Counted from the stretch's first letter, positions 48,790 to 59,068 are shown. The stretch: 64,000 nucleotides of DNA from an uncultured Pirellulaceae bacterium (GCA_964393615.1 CAYMUR010000003.1:1-64000); one strand, 5' to 3'. Program-made: numbers and translations. Notes: generated by a model not told the origin, from the sequence alone.

Positions 48790-50562
48790 TTGCCCCTCAT
48801 GCGCAAGGGAATCGCGGTATCACCGGGGGTTGCAGTAGGCAAGGCATACTGTATTCACGAGATTTTCGTGGATCCGGACAAAAAGCGTCTAGAGGAACAG
48901 GAGATTACGGCTGAACTTGCACGTTACGAAACTGCTCGAGACCGTGCTGGAGTGGATTTGCGCGCATTACGAAAAAAAGTGGAAGCCCAGGTTGGTCAGG
49001 AAGAAGCAGCTATATTTCGTGTTCACGAAACGATTTTGTGCGATCCGGCCTTCACAAAACAAGTGCGTGGTTGGATTGTTGATGATCGCCTGACGGCCTC
49101 CGCGGCGCTCCATCAATTGTTACACCAGTACTCGACTATGTTCGCGAAGATCAAAGATGAGTATTTGAAAGAGCGCCTGAACGATTTGCGTGATGTGATT
49201 GTTCGTATTAGTGCACACCTGAGCGATGTTTTGAATCCAGAGTTCAAAGGTTTAGACGGGCCGGTGATAGTGGTTGTGGATGAACTATTGCCTTCACAAG
49301 TAGTTGCTTTAGGAAGGATTGATGTTAAAGGAATCCTGACGCAGCGGGGTAGCCAGACCAGTCATGCGGCAATTATTGCCCGCAGTCGGGGTATTCCGGC
49401 AGTTTCTGGTGTGAGTGGTGTGTTACGCCAGGTGAAAACAGGCGATACGATTGTTATCGATGGTCGCGATGGACATGTAATCGTGAACGCCGACATGGAA
49501 CAACTGAGTGCGTACCGTAAGTTGGAACGAGAGTTTTTTCACCTGAAGGACCAGTTGGCGGAAAATCGAAATCAGCCTGCATCCTCCGCAGATGGCGAAA
49601 AGATCCAACTATTGGCTAACATTAACAATCTGGCGGATGCCAACGCAGCCGTGGCAATGGGAGCAGAAGGAATTGGTCTTTATCGGACAGAGTATCTTTA
49701 CTTGACGCATTCTGATGTGCCCGACGAAGATGAACAGCTGGAGGATTATCGCCAAATCATCGCGGCCAGTCCGGGTCGAATTGTGACGATTCGCACGCTT
49801 GATATTGGAGGTGATAAAACGGTTCCTTATTTAGGACATACCCATCAAGAAGCAAATCCATTTCTCGGATGGCGTTCGATTCGTTTGTCTTTTGAACATC
49901 CCGAATTCTTTCTAACACAAATTCGTGCTATCTTGCGGGCAGCGGCTACTGACGAGACAAATTCGGCATCCGTACAGCTGATGTGTCCGATGATAGCTAC
50001 CTATGAGGAAATACGTCGGGTTAAGAATATGGTGCGCCGAGCGCAACGCTCGTTGGAGGAGGAAGGCAAATCCTACGGTCACGTACCCCTGGGTATGATG
50101 CTTGAGGTGCCTGCAGCTGCTGTGTCCATTGAATCTATGCTGGGAATTGTCGATTTTATTTCAATTGGATCCAACGATCTTGTGCAGTATTTGATGGCGG
50201 CGGATCGTGACAATCCGAAAGTCAACCATCTTTGCCAGCCACTGAGCCCACCCGTGTTACGCATACTGTATAGTGTGATTCAGGCTTGTCGGAGTGCGGA
50301 TAAGCCGGTTACGTTGTGTGGAGAGATGGCCGGCATGCCCAGCGCCTTTGTATTATTATTTGGCATGGGGCTTCGTTCTTTTAGTATGAGCCCCTCTTTT
50401 GTGCCATCGATCAAAGATTTGGTGAGCCACTTGACTTCTGACGCAGCCGAACGGATTTTGCATCGAGCCTTGGAGTTGAAAACGCATGCACATATCCGTC
50501 GGTATGTACATGGCCGCATTGCGGAACTCGCGCCGAACGTGGCGTTATTGGATACAACCTGA
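48790..50562 (+). CDS. ptsI: Phosphoenolpyruvate-protein phosphotransferase (PTS enzyme I).
   Basis: GIAVSPGVAVGKAY. His-domain GSQTSHAAIIARSRGIP. PEP-utilising C-terminal domain (SIGSNDLVQY, CGEMAG). Confidence 0.9.
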   Translation: MPLMRKGIAVSPGVAVGKAYCIHEIFVDPDKKRLEEQEITAELARYETARDRAGVDLRALRKKVEAQVGQEEAAIFRVHETILCDPAFTKQVRGWIVDDRLTASAALHQLLHQYSTMFAKIKDEYLKERLNDLRDVIVRISAHLSDVLNPEFKGLDGPVIVVVDELLPSQVVALGRIDVKGILTQRGSQTSHAAIIARSRGIPAVSGVSGVLRQVKTGDTIVIDGRDGHVIVNADMEQLSAYRKLEREFFHLKDQLAENRNQPASSADGEKIQLLANINNLADANAAVAMGAEGIGLYRTEYLYLTHSDVPDEDEQLEDYRQIIAASPGRIVTIRTLDIGGDKTVPYLGHTHQEANPFLGWRSIRLSFEHPEFFLTQIRAILRAAATDETNSASVQLMCPMIATYEEIRRVKNMVRRAQRSLEEEGKSYGHVPLGMMLEVPAAAVSIESMLGIVDFISIGSNDLVQYLMAADRDNPKVNHLCQPLSPPVLRILYSVIQACRSADKPVTLCGEMAGMPSAFVLLFGMGLRSFSMSPSFVPSIKDLVSHLTSDAAERILHRALELKTHAHIRRYVHGRIAELAPNVALLDTT

Positions 50563-50900
50563 AACAGGTTGGTACGGCTCGCGCAGCGAGGATTGCGACG
50601 ATATTGTCTGGTATCGTTTATAGCATAGACTGGGATGGACCAGGAGAAACGGCATTTTCTCATGTCATTTCTGCAGCATGGGATGCAAAGGGTGGTTCTC
50701 AAAAATGGTCCATCTCTGCAGTCCTTGGTGCCACCCACGGGAAGGTACTTCCTTCTATTGGTGAACGCTGTGGTCGGCAGAAACGTATAGAAACGCAGGT
50801 CACCATTTCTTACTAGTGGTTCCATTGTAAGTGTCAGTGGGCCAATAGTTTATGGTAGTTAGCAAGATTTTCTGCTGAGCGGTAACTATCCACCAGAGCC

Positions 50901-51488
50901 ATGTTCAATAACACGACGAACGGGTCGGTCTGCCCATCGGTGGGTCGACAGAAAATAGACTGGCAAGATGAGCTGGCACGGCATGGTCGTTGGCTGCGCA
51001 CGATTGCGTTTGCTCGTCTGAGAGAACCAGAAGCGGTTGAGGACGTGATGCAGGAGGTGGCTTTGGCAGCCGTGCGACAGGCAGCACCGATTGCTGATCC
51101 TGGCAAAATCGCGCCGTGGCTTTACCAACTGACTGTGCGACAAGTTTTGCAATTTCGCCGTAAGATGGGCCGGCAGCGAAAGCTGACAGAAAACTATGCC
51201 CAGCGAGTACAGCCGACCGAACAGGATATCCGTTCCGCTGACCCATTGAGTTTTTTACTGTCACAGGAACGCCAACAGATGATTCGAGAATCGCTCCGTC
51301 GGCTTCCAGAACAGGACGCAGAGATATTGTTGTTGAAATACACCGAAAACTGGAGCTACCGTCAACTGGCGGAACATTTAGGGATCAGTCATAGTGCTGT
51401 GGAATCACGGTTGCACCGGGCACGAGGACGGTTGCGGGGGGAGCTGATAAGCAGTGAAGTTGTGGGTAGAGGACGCTCGGAAAGATGA
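50901..51488 (+). CDS. ECF-type RNA polymerase sigma-70 factor.
   Basis: Region 2 (PWLYQLTVRQV). Region 4 (YRQLAEHLGISHSAVESRLHRAR). Confidence 0.85.
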   Translation: MFNNTTNGSVCPSVGRQKIDWQDELARHGRWLRTIAFARLREPEAVEDVMQEVALAAVRQAAPIADPGKIAPWLYQLTVRQVLQFRRKMGRQRKLTENYAQRVQPTEQDIRSADPLSFLLSQERQQMIRESLRRLPEQDAEILLLKYTENWSYRQLAEHLGISHSAVESRLHRARGRLRGELISSEVVGRGRSER

Positions 51489-51572
51489 TTGCAGGACGTG
51501 CTATTTTTCAAGCTGACGTTGCCAGCATATTGTTGGTGATGACGGTGGGTTTAAAGATAGGTTTAATTTGTC

Positions 51573-52403
51573 ATGAACGGGTCACTAAATGAGCCATTTG
51601 AGCGAGATGATCAGATCAACGTTCATCTGGAACGCCTGGTCGACGGCGAGATGTCGCCGGATGAGTATCGCAAGTTCGTTGCTTCTCTTGAGGACGTGCC
51701 AGACGGTTGGCGGCGTTGTGCATTGTCATTTCTAGAATCGCAAGCTTTTTCCCATGACTTGGAAGCCCATGACTTGGAAGCCCATGACTTGGAAGCCCAT
51801 GACTTGAAAGCCCATGACTTGAAAGCCCATGACTTGAAAGCCCATGACTTGAAAGACTGGGTACGAGACTCACCGGGGGATGAGATAACGGCATCGTCCT
51901 TAGTTGTCTGGCGTTTGTTGCCACGACGGTGGCTGGAGTTGGCACTGGTAGCGACCGTCAGCTTTGCATTAGCCTGGGGATCCAGTATTGTCATACGAAG
52001 CTGGTGGCCCGCGTCTGACAAGGTAGTACCCCTGGATAGACAACTAGCAGATCATTTGCAGGAAACATTTCAAGAGGAGAGTAGTCAGTATGTTTCACCA
52101 GAAAAGCCGCTGGTAAATAAAGTGGCACCTGGAAATAGGGTGGACCCACGATCGGTGCGGCTTGTCGTCAATGGTCGGGAGATGAAGTTACCCGTTGTCG
52201 ATGTCGAATCGAATGCTTCCAATATGTTTGACCAGCGCCGCTCGATGATCCCGGACGAAGTGGTACATGCTTTGGAACGGTTGGGACATCGAGTGCAACG
52301 AAGTCATCATTATATTCCACTGGAGAGTTTGGACGGTCAAGAACTGGTGGTTCCCGTAGAAGACGTTGAAATTGTTCCAGTTTCCAACCGGGCATTCCAG
52401 TAA
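51573..52403 (+). CDS. Putative anti-sigma factor (membrane-spanning) with a 7x HDL[E/K]A tandem pentapeptide repeat.
   Basis: Immediately downstream of the ECF sigma. N-terminal cytoplasmic helix (MSPDEYRKFVASLED), one TM (LELALVATVSFALAWG). Confidence 0.6.
   Translation: MNGSLNEPFERDDQINVHLERLVDGEMSPDEYRKFVASLEDVPDGWRRCALSFLESQAFSHDLEAHDLEAHDLEAHDLKAHDLKAHDLKAHDLKDWVRDSPGDEITASSLVVWRLLPRRWLELALVATVSFALAWGSSIVIRSWWPASDKVVPLDRQLADHLQETFQEESSQYVSPEKPLVNKVAPGNRVDPRSVRLVVNGREMKLPVVDVESNASNMFDQRRSMIPDEVVHALERLGHRVQRSHHYIPLESLDGQELVVPVEDVEIVPVSNRAFQ
51753..51857 (+). repeat. Seven perfect-to-near-perfect 15-bp tandem repeats (catgacttggaagcc x3, catgacttgaaagcc x3, catgacttgaaagac x1) inside the anti-sigma gene.
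   Basis: Directly visible. In-frame, encoding HDLEA/HDLKA pentapeptides. Confidence 0.95.
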
Positions 52404-52418
52404 CCTACACGGTGAAAG

Positions 52419-53450
52419 GTGAGTGAGCATTCGATGTTACACATCAGATTGACCGGATCGATCGGCATACTGGCGTTGTTTGTCTTGACCGGGATGGGAG
52501 CAGCTCAGGATCGGGATTCAAGAGATTCACTTGATGAAGTGCGTGGCATGTTGTTGCATTATTCTTCTGGAGATTATTGGTTGGGGATTGCGTGTGGTCT
52601 TCCCTCCACGACACTGCGTTCGCATTTAGCACTGCAAGATCGCACGGGGTTAGTCATTCACCGCGTGTTTCCGGGAAGCCCGGCTGACCGGTCTGGACTA
52701 CAAAAACACGACGTGATCATGAAATTTGGTGGGATTGACGTGGGGACTGTTCGGCAACTCACTCATGTAATCGATCAGCGAAAACATAAAGAAACACCGG
52801 TAACAGTTATTCGCCATGGTCAGGAACAAACAGTGTTGGTGGTGCCGGCTAAACGAAAGGTTGATGTAGCCGGTACTGGGAATGATCATAGGGATGCTGG
52901 TCAAGTGTTACGTTGGTTGGATGAGATCAACCAAGATGCGAAGCGTGGTTTTGAAAATAGTATTCAAGACAACGCATTGAGATTTCTTTTCTTTCATCCG
53001 GGAACGGTACTGCCTGCTGAAACAGATCGGTTGGGGATCAAAATCCCCCGGGATCTGAAAATTGTTGTTACGAGTCCAGATGGAGGTCCGGCAAGGATTC
53101 TTTTCGAAAAGGATGGTGAATCCTGGGAATGGTCCACCGACAATCTTGACCGTACTAATCTTCCTGTGGAGGTGAAACGCCATGTCGATTTTTTTCTTGG
53201 TCCTGTCCAGCCTTCCAGTTCGTCGGTGAAAAAACAGACTCCTGCCCGAGAGCTACCGGAAGTAGAGTTTGACGCTGATACGGCGGTTTCATCGGCTGAA
53301 ACTGTCGAGGTTCATGACCGATCGGGTCGCGACGGAATTGAGAAAAAATTGAAGACAATGGAAGAACAATTGTTGCAATTGCGCGAACAATTACAGCAGT
53401 TGACCGACGATACAGGCAAAAGTGGGACGGTGGATAGTCGGAGTCGGTGA
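52419..53450 (+). CDS. Secreted PDZ-domain protein with C-terminal coiled coil.
   Basis: Signal peptide. PDZ (GLVIHRVFPGSPADRSGLQKHDVIMKFGG). Leucine-zipper-like tail. Confidence 0.6.
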   Translation: MSEHSMLHIRLTGSIGILALFVLTGMGAAQDRDSRDSLDEVRGMLLHYSSGDYWLGIACGLPSTTLRSHLALQDRTGLVIHRVFPGSPADRSGLQKHDVIMKFGGIDVGTVRQLTHVIDQRKHKETPVTVIRHGQEQTVLVVPAKRKVDVAGTGNDHRDAGQVLRWLDEINQDAKRGFENSIQDNALRFLFFHPGTVLPAETDRLGIKIPRDLKIVVTSPDGGPARILFEKDGESWEWSTDNLDRTNLPVEVKRHVDFFLGPVQPSSSSVKKQTPARELPEVEFDADTAVSSAETVEVHDRSGRDGIEKKLKTMEEQLLQLREQLQQLTDDTGKSGTVDSRSR

Positions 53451-53559
53451 CAATGTTGACTCCCTGGGTTTCCCGTTCTAGTGCAGTGTTCGGTGGAACA
53501 GGTCAGGGAAACGTCGACGAACACGCGCAAGGTCTGTTTGCAGTCAGGTCCCTGCAGTT

Positions 53560-53610
53560 TTAATTTTGTAGCGACGAGTTTGTTGGCCTTGACCATGCCA
53601 AGCCTTATTT
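53560..53610. terminator. Possible bidirectional terminator hairpin (gccaagcc-ttattt-ggcttggg) between convergent genes.
   Basis: Inverted repeat seen in sequence. Weak T-tract, hence low confidence. Confidence 0.25.
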
Positions 53611-53667
53611 GGCTTGGGGGTAATTACCGGTTCACGAACACTGAATATTTACCTTGCCTCATTACTC

Positions 53668-54222
53668 TTAGTATGAAACCGGTTGGTGTTTGACAGATAA
53701 ATTTTGTTCTGGCTTGGTCGGTGATGGGGAGTGATAGGTCAGAGCCCCTTGGCTTTCTGCAAAGGGCCGTATGTCGGGAAAACGCCAGGGGCTGTTGTAG
53801 TCAGTCATTGACTGATTGGAGCAGTTGACAGGCCAGTGGTAAGTCGAAAGGGGTGGTACGGGAAATTTATAACTGCCATTGCAACGGCAATTAAACCACG
53901 TTCCCGCACCGTTGTCAGATGGAGTGTGCCACCTGGACGGATTAGCTGGTGAGAGAATCGCACGGATTTTTCCACGAATTCTTTCCTGTAATCCACCACC
54001 GTGACAGGTTGACCGGTGTTGACAGTTTTCATGACAGCTGATTGGAGACACCGTCACTCCGGATTCCAGGTTTTGAAGTTCAACGGTACCACCATCTGCC
54101 ACGGTTGTCATATGACTCAATCGTGCTTGGCTCGGATGAACGGCTGTGACATTCTCTGGGAGCGCGATGCATGCAATGCATGCAATCAAGAACGTGACAG
54201 ACTTTGTAGCAGCAGTGTTCAT
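53668..54222 (-). CDS. Secreted cysteine-rich hypothetical protein (~185 aa from internal Met MNTAATKSVTFLIACIACIALP).
   Basis: Signal peptide. ~10 Cys in CxxxC/CxC spacing. Competing plus-strand ORF 54016..54360 judged less likely. Confidence 0.4.
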   Translation of the reverse strand: MNTAATKSVTFLIACIACIALPENVTAVHPSQARLSHMTTVADGGTVELQNLESGVTVSPISCHENCQHRSTCHGGGLQERIRGKIRAILSPANPSRWHTPSDNGAGTWFNCRCNGSYKFPVPPLSTYHWPVNCSNQSMTDYNSPWRFPDIRPFAESQGALTYHSPSPTKPEQNLSVKHQPVSY

Positions 54223-54650
54223 CGTGCGGTCCTTCAAATGTTGGACGAGGAGAGGAGAAAGGAGGATTTGGTAGCTGGTATCCCGATCATCGGTAGTTGG
54301 AGCAGGCCGACACAAAAAGAAATTCTGCAGAATAAGCAAATCGCAGGTACTACGGGGTGATGGCCGGATCGGGAAGTATCGGAAAAATAGGCAAGGTCAG
54401 TCGGCTGTCTAATGCGGCGTGAATATTCATTTTTGCAGAATAAAAATGCTTTCTGTTTGTCATGAGAATTTTGGAGCCAGACTCCCTATACGTTCTTTTG
54501 TAAGATGGATTCAGAGAGTGTACACTCGAATGGACTGGCTTGGATTGCATGTATTACGTTGAAACGATTCAAGTGATGATCCTGCGCCGACACGACATGC
54601 TTGCAGTCTGAACGGACACTCGCGAATGTCACTATTCTACGCTGTTGAAA

Positions 54651-55451
54651 CTACAGCAAGCTTTCCAGGAGAAGGCGCATCTTGCGCAATTCGGCGAAAT
54701 GTTCAACGTCTGGCATTTCGGTGACATGTACCGAAAACGCACCTTGATATTGCTTCTTTCTTAATTGGCTGACAAGTCGTCCGTATTCGACTTTGCCTTT
54801 TCCGACACGGACTTGGAGTTCTGTGTCGCTTGTGTCACGTAATAGCACGTGGTACACGTATTTCATCAATGGGTCGATATTCTTATTCGCGTAAGGTCCG
54901 CAGATGTAGTGGCTTGGGTCAAAGGTCAATCCCAAGCCTTTGACGTTGTCACAGAGTACGGTGATCGTGTCAGGGTCCTGTGATAATCGATCGATCTGGC
55001 TGCGGATGCTGACTAAGATTCCTTCTACCGAAGCGATTGACACCAGTCTTTGCAGATGTTCAACCTCTTCATTGAAGGGGGTACCAAGTATGGCCGAGGG
55101 GACAGTGATTGAAACGACTTTAGTCGCTTTGGCAAGGCGGCAGCAGGCGTCGAATTGCTTGTAGTGTTCTTCTCCTTGTGCTTCAATTTCGACGTTGTAC
55201 GCGACAATATTCAAGCGATTGGTACTACGGCACAATTCGACGGCGTGATCGATGTTATTGGCGACTTCCGAGGGTTTTAAGTGATTTCCCCGTTCGCTAA
55301 TGGACATGTCAATGTGGGCAAACTCCAGGTCGACGATTCGGTCGAGTGCATCCTGGAGGGACAGATTGGCAAAACATTCGGTCGAGGCAGAAACCAGCAC
55401 CCACGACTCCTTCCTTGGAAAAGACAAGATAATAGGAAACCAACAGGTCAA
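54651..55451 (-). CDS. Sugar phosphate isomerase/epimerase (xylose isomerase-like TIM barrel).
   Basis: Fold-typical His/Glu/Asp spacing (AHIDM, FDPSH, VHVTE). Confidence 0.55.
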   Translation of the reverse strand: MTCWFPIILSFPRKESWVLVSASTECFANLSLQDALDRIVDLEFAHIDMSISERGNHLKPSEVANNIDHAVELCRSTNRLNIVAYNVEIEAQGEEHYKQFDACCRLAKATKVVSITVPSAILGTPFNEEVEHLQRLVSIASVEGILVSIRSQIDRLSQDPDTITVLCDNVKGLGLTFDPSHYICGPYANKNIDPLMKYVYHVLLRDTSDTELQVRVGKGKVEYGRLVSQLRKKQYQGAFSVHVTEMPDVEHFAELRKMRLLLESLL

Positions 55452-55840
55452 ATAGCTTATCGTGGTTGGTCGGTAGAGGGCAACACCAACGTGGAACGCC
55501 TTTGTTTACGTGTCTTTTCGGGCATTTGTCAAGTTGTTGGCGTGGCGATAGAATGTGCAAAGCGGCCCTAGGGAGGGTAGTGAGATGTGATACGTTTCCA
55601 GACAGACGTTTGAACGTTGGAAAAATATCAAATTCTCCTGAATGCTGGCAGTATTCCGTTCGCAAACGGACCCGTACTAAATCAACGTCAATACTCCTAT
55701 TTAAGCTTCCGTTGCCTGAGCTAGTCGAGTAGGGACATTTCTCTGTTTGGTGATTGACTTCTAGATCAATTGGTTAAATTGCTGGACACACGAAATTGCC
55801 CCAAAAATGAAATATCAATTCCTGATAGGATAGTCCCACT

Positions 55841-56995
55841 ATGGAAACGAATCACGAGTCGAATGAAGCCAGTTCCCAGCCGATCATTCCCGAAATGTTA
55901 GATTCTGGCCCGGCGTTTGACCAATCATCACGGCAGGCTGGTTTTGGTCCGACAGTTTCCGAGCAGAGGTCAGGTCGATCGGAACCAGGACAACCACGGC
56001 GACGTCGGTTTGGGTGTTTGGGATGGTTTGCGCTGATGGTCTGTTTGGCGGTGATCGGCGTACAATCGCTGTATATGTTAGTGCAAGGGAATTTTGTCGG
56101 AAGCTATGATTCGGCACAAGGTATTCAAGAAAAGTATGTTTCACATTCTGATTGGGGTTCTGACAAAATTTCCATCATCTCCGTGAATGGTGTGATCATG
56201 GAGGGGGACGGATTTGTCAAGAAACAAATCGATTGGGTGATGAAAGACGATGATGTCCGTGCGGTGGTGCTCCGTGTCGATTCACCAGGGGGCACTGTGA
56301 CTGGCTCAGACTACATTTACCACCATCTGGTCAAGTTGCGAGAAGAAAAAGGCATTCCAATTGTTGTCAGTATGGGCAGCATGGCAGCCAGTGGCGGTTA
56401 TTATGTGGCGATGGCAGTTGGAGACCAGGACAATTCGATTTATGCGGAGCCAACGACGACAACCGGTTCGATTGGCGTGATTATCCCGCACTATGATATC
56501 ACTGGGCTTATGGAGCAGCACGGTATCAAAAATGATTCGATTGCCAGTCATCCGCGCAAGCAGATGCTCAGCATGACGCGCAAACTGTTGGATGAAGATC
56601 GCCGGATTTTGGGAGAATATCTGAATGAAAATTTTCAGCGTTTTAAGGAGATTGTCCGTGCAGGTCGTCCAGTGCTGGCCAAGGATGATGCACGGTTAAC
56701 AGCGTTGGCAACCGGTGAGATTTTTACTGCTACCCAGGCCAAGCGTCATGGGTTGGTCGACTCGATTGGATTTGTGGAAGATGCCGTAGAACGTGCCATT
56801 GAGTTGGCGCAGCTTGATCAAGACAAGGTGCGTGTTGTGCGGTTTACCAAACCGGCCAGCTTGTTTAATTTGGTCTCGACGCGCAGTCCAGAATTGTCCT
56901 CCATGAATTTGAGGACATTATTGGAAATGTCCGCACCCCGCGCATATTATTTGACAACGTCGCTGCCACTATTGCTTTCCATTCCTGGGCGGTAG
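55841..56995 (+). CDS. sppA: Signal peptide peptidase SppA (S49 family, 36K type).
   Basis: N-terminal TM. RVDSPGGTV, SMGSMAASGGYYVAMA (Ser nucleophile) and Lys region. Confidence 0.85.
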   Translation: METNHESNEASSQPIIPEMLDSGPAFDQSSRQAGFGPTVSEQRSGRSEPGQPRRRRFGCLGWFALMVCLAVIGVQSLYMLVQGNFVGSYDSAQGIQEKYVSHSDWGSDKISIISVNGVIMEGDGFVKKQIDWVMKDDDVRAVVLRVDSPGGTVTGSDYIYHHLVKLREEKGIPIVVSMGSMAASGGYYVAMAVGDQDNSIYAEPTTTTGSIGVIIPHYDITGLMEQHGIKNDSIASHPRKQMLSMTRKLLDEDRRILGEYLNENFQRFKEIVRAGRPVLAKDDARLTALATGEIFTATQAKRHGLVDSIGFVEDAVERAIELAQLDQDKVRVVRFTKPASLFNLVSTRSPELSSMNLRTLLEMSAPRAYYLTTSLPLLLSIPGR

Positions 56996-57066
56996 TGCGT
57001 GATACGATGCAGTTCAGCGAGACGGTACCTATCACGAGCGAGTCGCCGTCTGTCGCGCCGGACGGG

Positions 57067-57861
57067 CTATGGTTGAGTTTGTGGTACCGCTTTGCGTTGC
57101 CGGTTGTTTCCGTGTGGTAGGCGATCTGGGCGGCCATGGTGAGGCCTTTGATGTTCCCTTTGATATTCTCGATACCGCCTTTGTAATGCTGCTTCGGCGG
57201 CCGATGGTCGCATGCGATCGATTTCCTCTTGTTCTGCCGGCGTTAGTTTGTAGAAGAATCGTTCCAGGCGTTCAGGTGACCGTCGATGAAAAGGAGGTCG
57301 TTGTTTTGTGGGCAAATGATTGATCGCTTTTGACGGTCGATTTCTTCGTAATCGTTTGATTTGTTCCACACGCTGTCGGGGTGAAAGTTGTTTCAATTCG
57401 GCCATCTCCGTAACGAAAAGTGTCGTTAGCCAGGTATAGTAGGCCTTCATTGTTTGTTGCAGCTCGGGACGTTGAGAAAGTGCAGCGTGCAACTGCCGTA
57501 GTTCATCTTTCTGTTGTGATGTTAACTGTTGAAAGCGACTCCGCTTGATGCGCAACGATTCCTTTTCGGAGGCTGTCATCTGCTCGACTTGCATACGATG
57601 TTGGGCGATCTCTTGTTGTGCAGATGTTGTTACTGTTGAACAGGCGAGCAGCAGGCATGTTAGCCAGATCCATCTAGCGATTGGGTTCGCTGGAATTGCT
57701 GAAGTCGATTGTTTCCACAAAGGGCAATCCGAAGAGAATGCATGCCTGTGGTACGGGTGAACAGCACCGATAGAAACAGACTCATTGGGATGGTCTGCTT
57801 GCAATCTGTGCGGGGATGTAGGGATCGTGTTTGCCGCGATTGATTGTGGATTAGCCGGCAT
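57067..57861 (-). CDS. Periplasmic Gln/Arg-rich helical hypothetical protein, third gene of the sigma/anti-sigma operon.
   Basis: The start at Met 57861 avoids overlap with the anti-sigma gene. Signal-like hydrophobic segment (ARWIWLTCLLLACSTVTTSAQQ). Confidence 0.45.
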   Translation of the reverse strand: MPANPQSIAANTIPTSPHRLQADHPNESVSIGAVHPYHRHAFSSDCPLWKQSTSAIPANPIARWIWLTCLLLACSTVTTSAQQEIAQHRMQVEQMTASEKESLRIKRSRFQQLTSQQKDELRQLHAALSQRPELQQTMKAYYTWLTTLFVTEMAELKQLSPRQRVEQIKRLRRNRPSKAINHLPTKQRPPFHRRSPERLERFFYKLTPAEQEEIDRMRPSAAEAALQRRYREYQREHQRPHHGRPDRLPHGNNRQRKAVPQTQP

Positions 57862-58366
57862 GGCTGCTTCCTTCTTCACGAAAGATTTTCTCATCATGTA
57901 GCATCTGCAAAAAATCCAGACTGTCAGCATGGAGATACAGATCGACGTTTTCAATCACTGGTAAATCTTGCAACCACATTTTGTTGCTTGGGGCCACCCA
58001 CCAAAAGGCAAGTAAAAATCCGGCTGCCGCCGAAACCAATGCCAGGCCAACGCCAGATAGAAAATATTTACGCGCGTTTCCATTGGTCGAACCTTGGGCC
58101 TGTTGCCACTCTTCTTCGGCGGCCACTACAGCCATCTCTACAGTGGAGTGTGAAAAAGACTCGTCGACCTGGGCCTGAGGAAGCGAATCCAGCATTTTCC
58201 AAGCATGCTGCATTTGTTGAAGCCGACGTTGGTAATCAGCATGTTGGGATAAACGTTCCTCCACGCGTTGTGTTTGCTCGTCATTCAATTCACCGTCGAG
58301 ATATGCCACGATTTCTTCGTGGACTGCATCCAACTTCTGAGCTCGTGTTCGTTTTTCTTTCGTCAT
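57851..58366 (-). CDS. Anti-sigma factor (single TM; N-terminal zinc-less ASD).
   Basis: EEIVAYLDGELNDEQTQRVEERL motif typical of anti-sigma N-termini. TM (GVGLALVSAAAGFLLAFWWV). Directly downstream of the ECF sigma. Confidence 0.6.
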   Translation of the reverse strand: MTKEKRTRAQKLDAVHEEIVAYLDGELNDEQTQRVEERLSQHADYQRRLQQMQHAWKMLDSLPQAQVDESFSHSTVEMAVVAAEEEWQQAQGSTNGNARKYFLSGVGLALVSAAAGFLLAFWWVAPSNKMWLQDLPVIENVDLYLHADSLDFLQMLHDEKIFREEGSSHAG

Positions 58367-58420
58367 CGCCGCTATGCTTTCGGTTCGTTCAGAAGGAAAC
58401 GGATTGCATTCAACCCTGTG

Positions 58421-59068
58421 TCACTCAGCCTTGTTCGTGGGTAATTCACCAAATCTTAAATAGGGCTCGAGTGTTTCACGCAGTTTGTTTCGAGCACGTG
58501 ACAGAAGTGATTTAATAGCCTGAGGCGACATGTCCATGATATTCGCTATTTCCGCGTAACTCATTTCCTCGAATTTGGAAAGTAGAACTGCCATTCGTTG
58601 GCGGTCATTAAGAGATTGCACAGCCAGTTGTACGATTTCAGACATTTCAAAATTGTCTAGCTGTCGAGTTGGCAAATGCCCACTAGCTGCAGTTGCCAGT
58701 TGTTCGAGAGGGTTCTGGGATATTCCCTGGCTATCGCGAGATCCCAGGTGGACTTCTGGCCGTCGTGCTCGACTACGATAGGCGTTGCGCGCTACGTTGT
58801 TGGCAATGGTGTACAACCAGGTGGAAAATTTTGCCACAGGAACATACCCTTTCCGCGCCCGGTAGACTCGCAGAAAAACATCCTGTGCCAAATCCTCGGC
58901 TTGATGCCGTGAACTGACCAGATGCTCGAGGATGGTGATTAGACGCGATTGGTGACGCATCACCAATTCCTCGAACGCACCAGCGTCATCATCGCGTACG
59001 CGAAGCATTAACCGTACGTCCGGATCAAGCTGTTCGTATTTTGACGCCGTGGATTCACTAACCGACAA
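58421..59068 (-). CDS. ECF-type RNA polymerase sigma factor.
   Basis: Region 2 (DLAQDVFLRVYRA, FSTWLYTIANN). Region 4 (YAEIANIMDMSPQAIKSLLSRAR). Confidence 0.85.
   Translation of the reverse strand: MSVSESTASKYEQLDPDVRLMLRVRDDDAGAFEELVMRHQSRLITILEHLVSSRHQAEDLAQDVFLRVYRARKGYVPVAKFSTWLYTIANNVARNAYRSRARRPEVHLGSRDSQGISQNPLEQLATAASGHLPTRQLDNFEMSEIVQLAVQSLNDRQRMAVLLSKFEEMSYAEIANIMDMSPQAIKSLLSRARNKLRETLEPYLRFGELPTNKAE

Noticed and set aside
51616-52021. Minus-strand ORFs encoding SHGLS / KSWAF repeat peptides
   Set aside because: An artefact of translating the 15-bp tandem repeat of the anti-sigma gene in other frames.
54016-54360. 114-aa plus-strand ORF overlapping the Cys-rich minus-strand gene
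   Set aside because: No signal peptide or RBS logic. The minus-strand alternative has a signal peptide and a convergent-operon fit. Both remain low-confidence.
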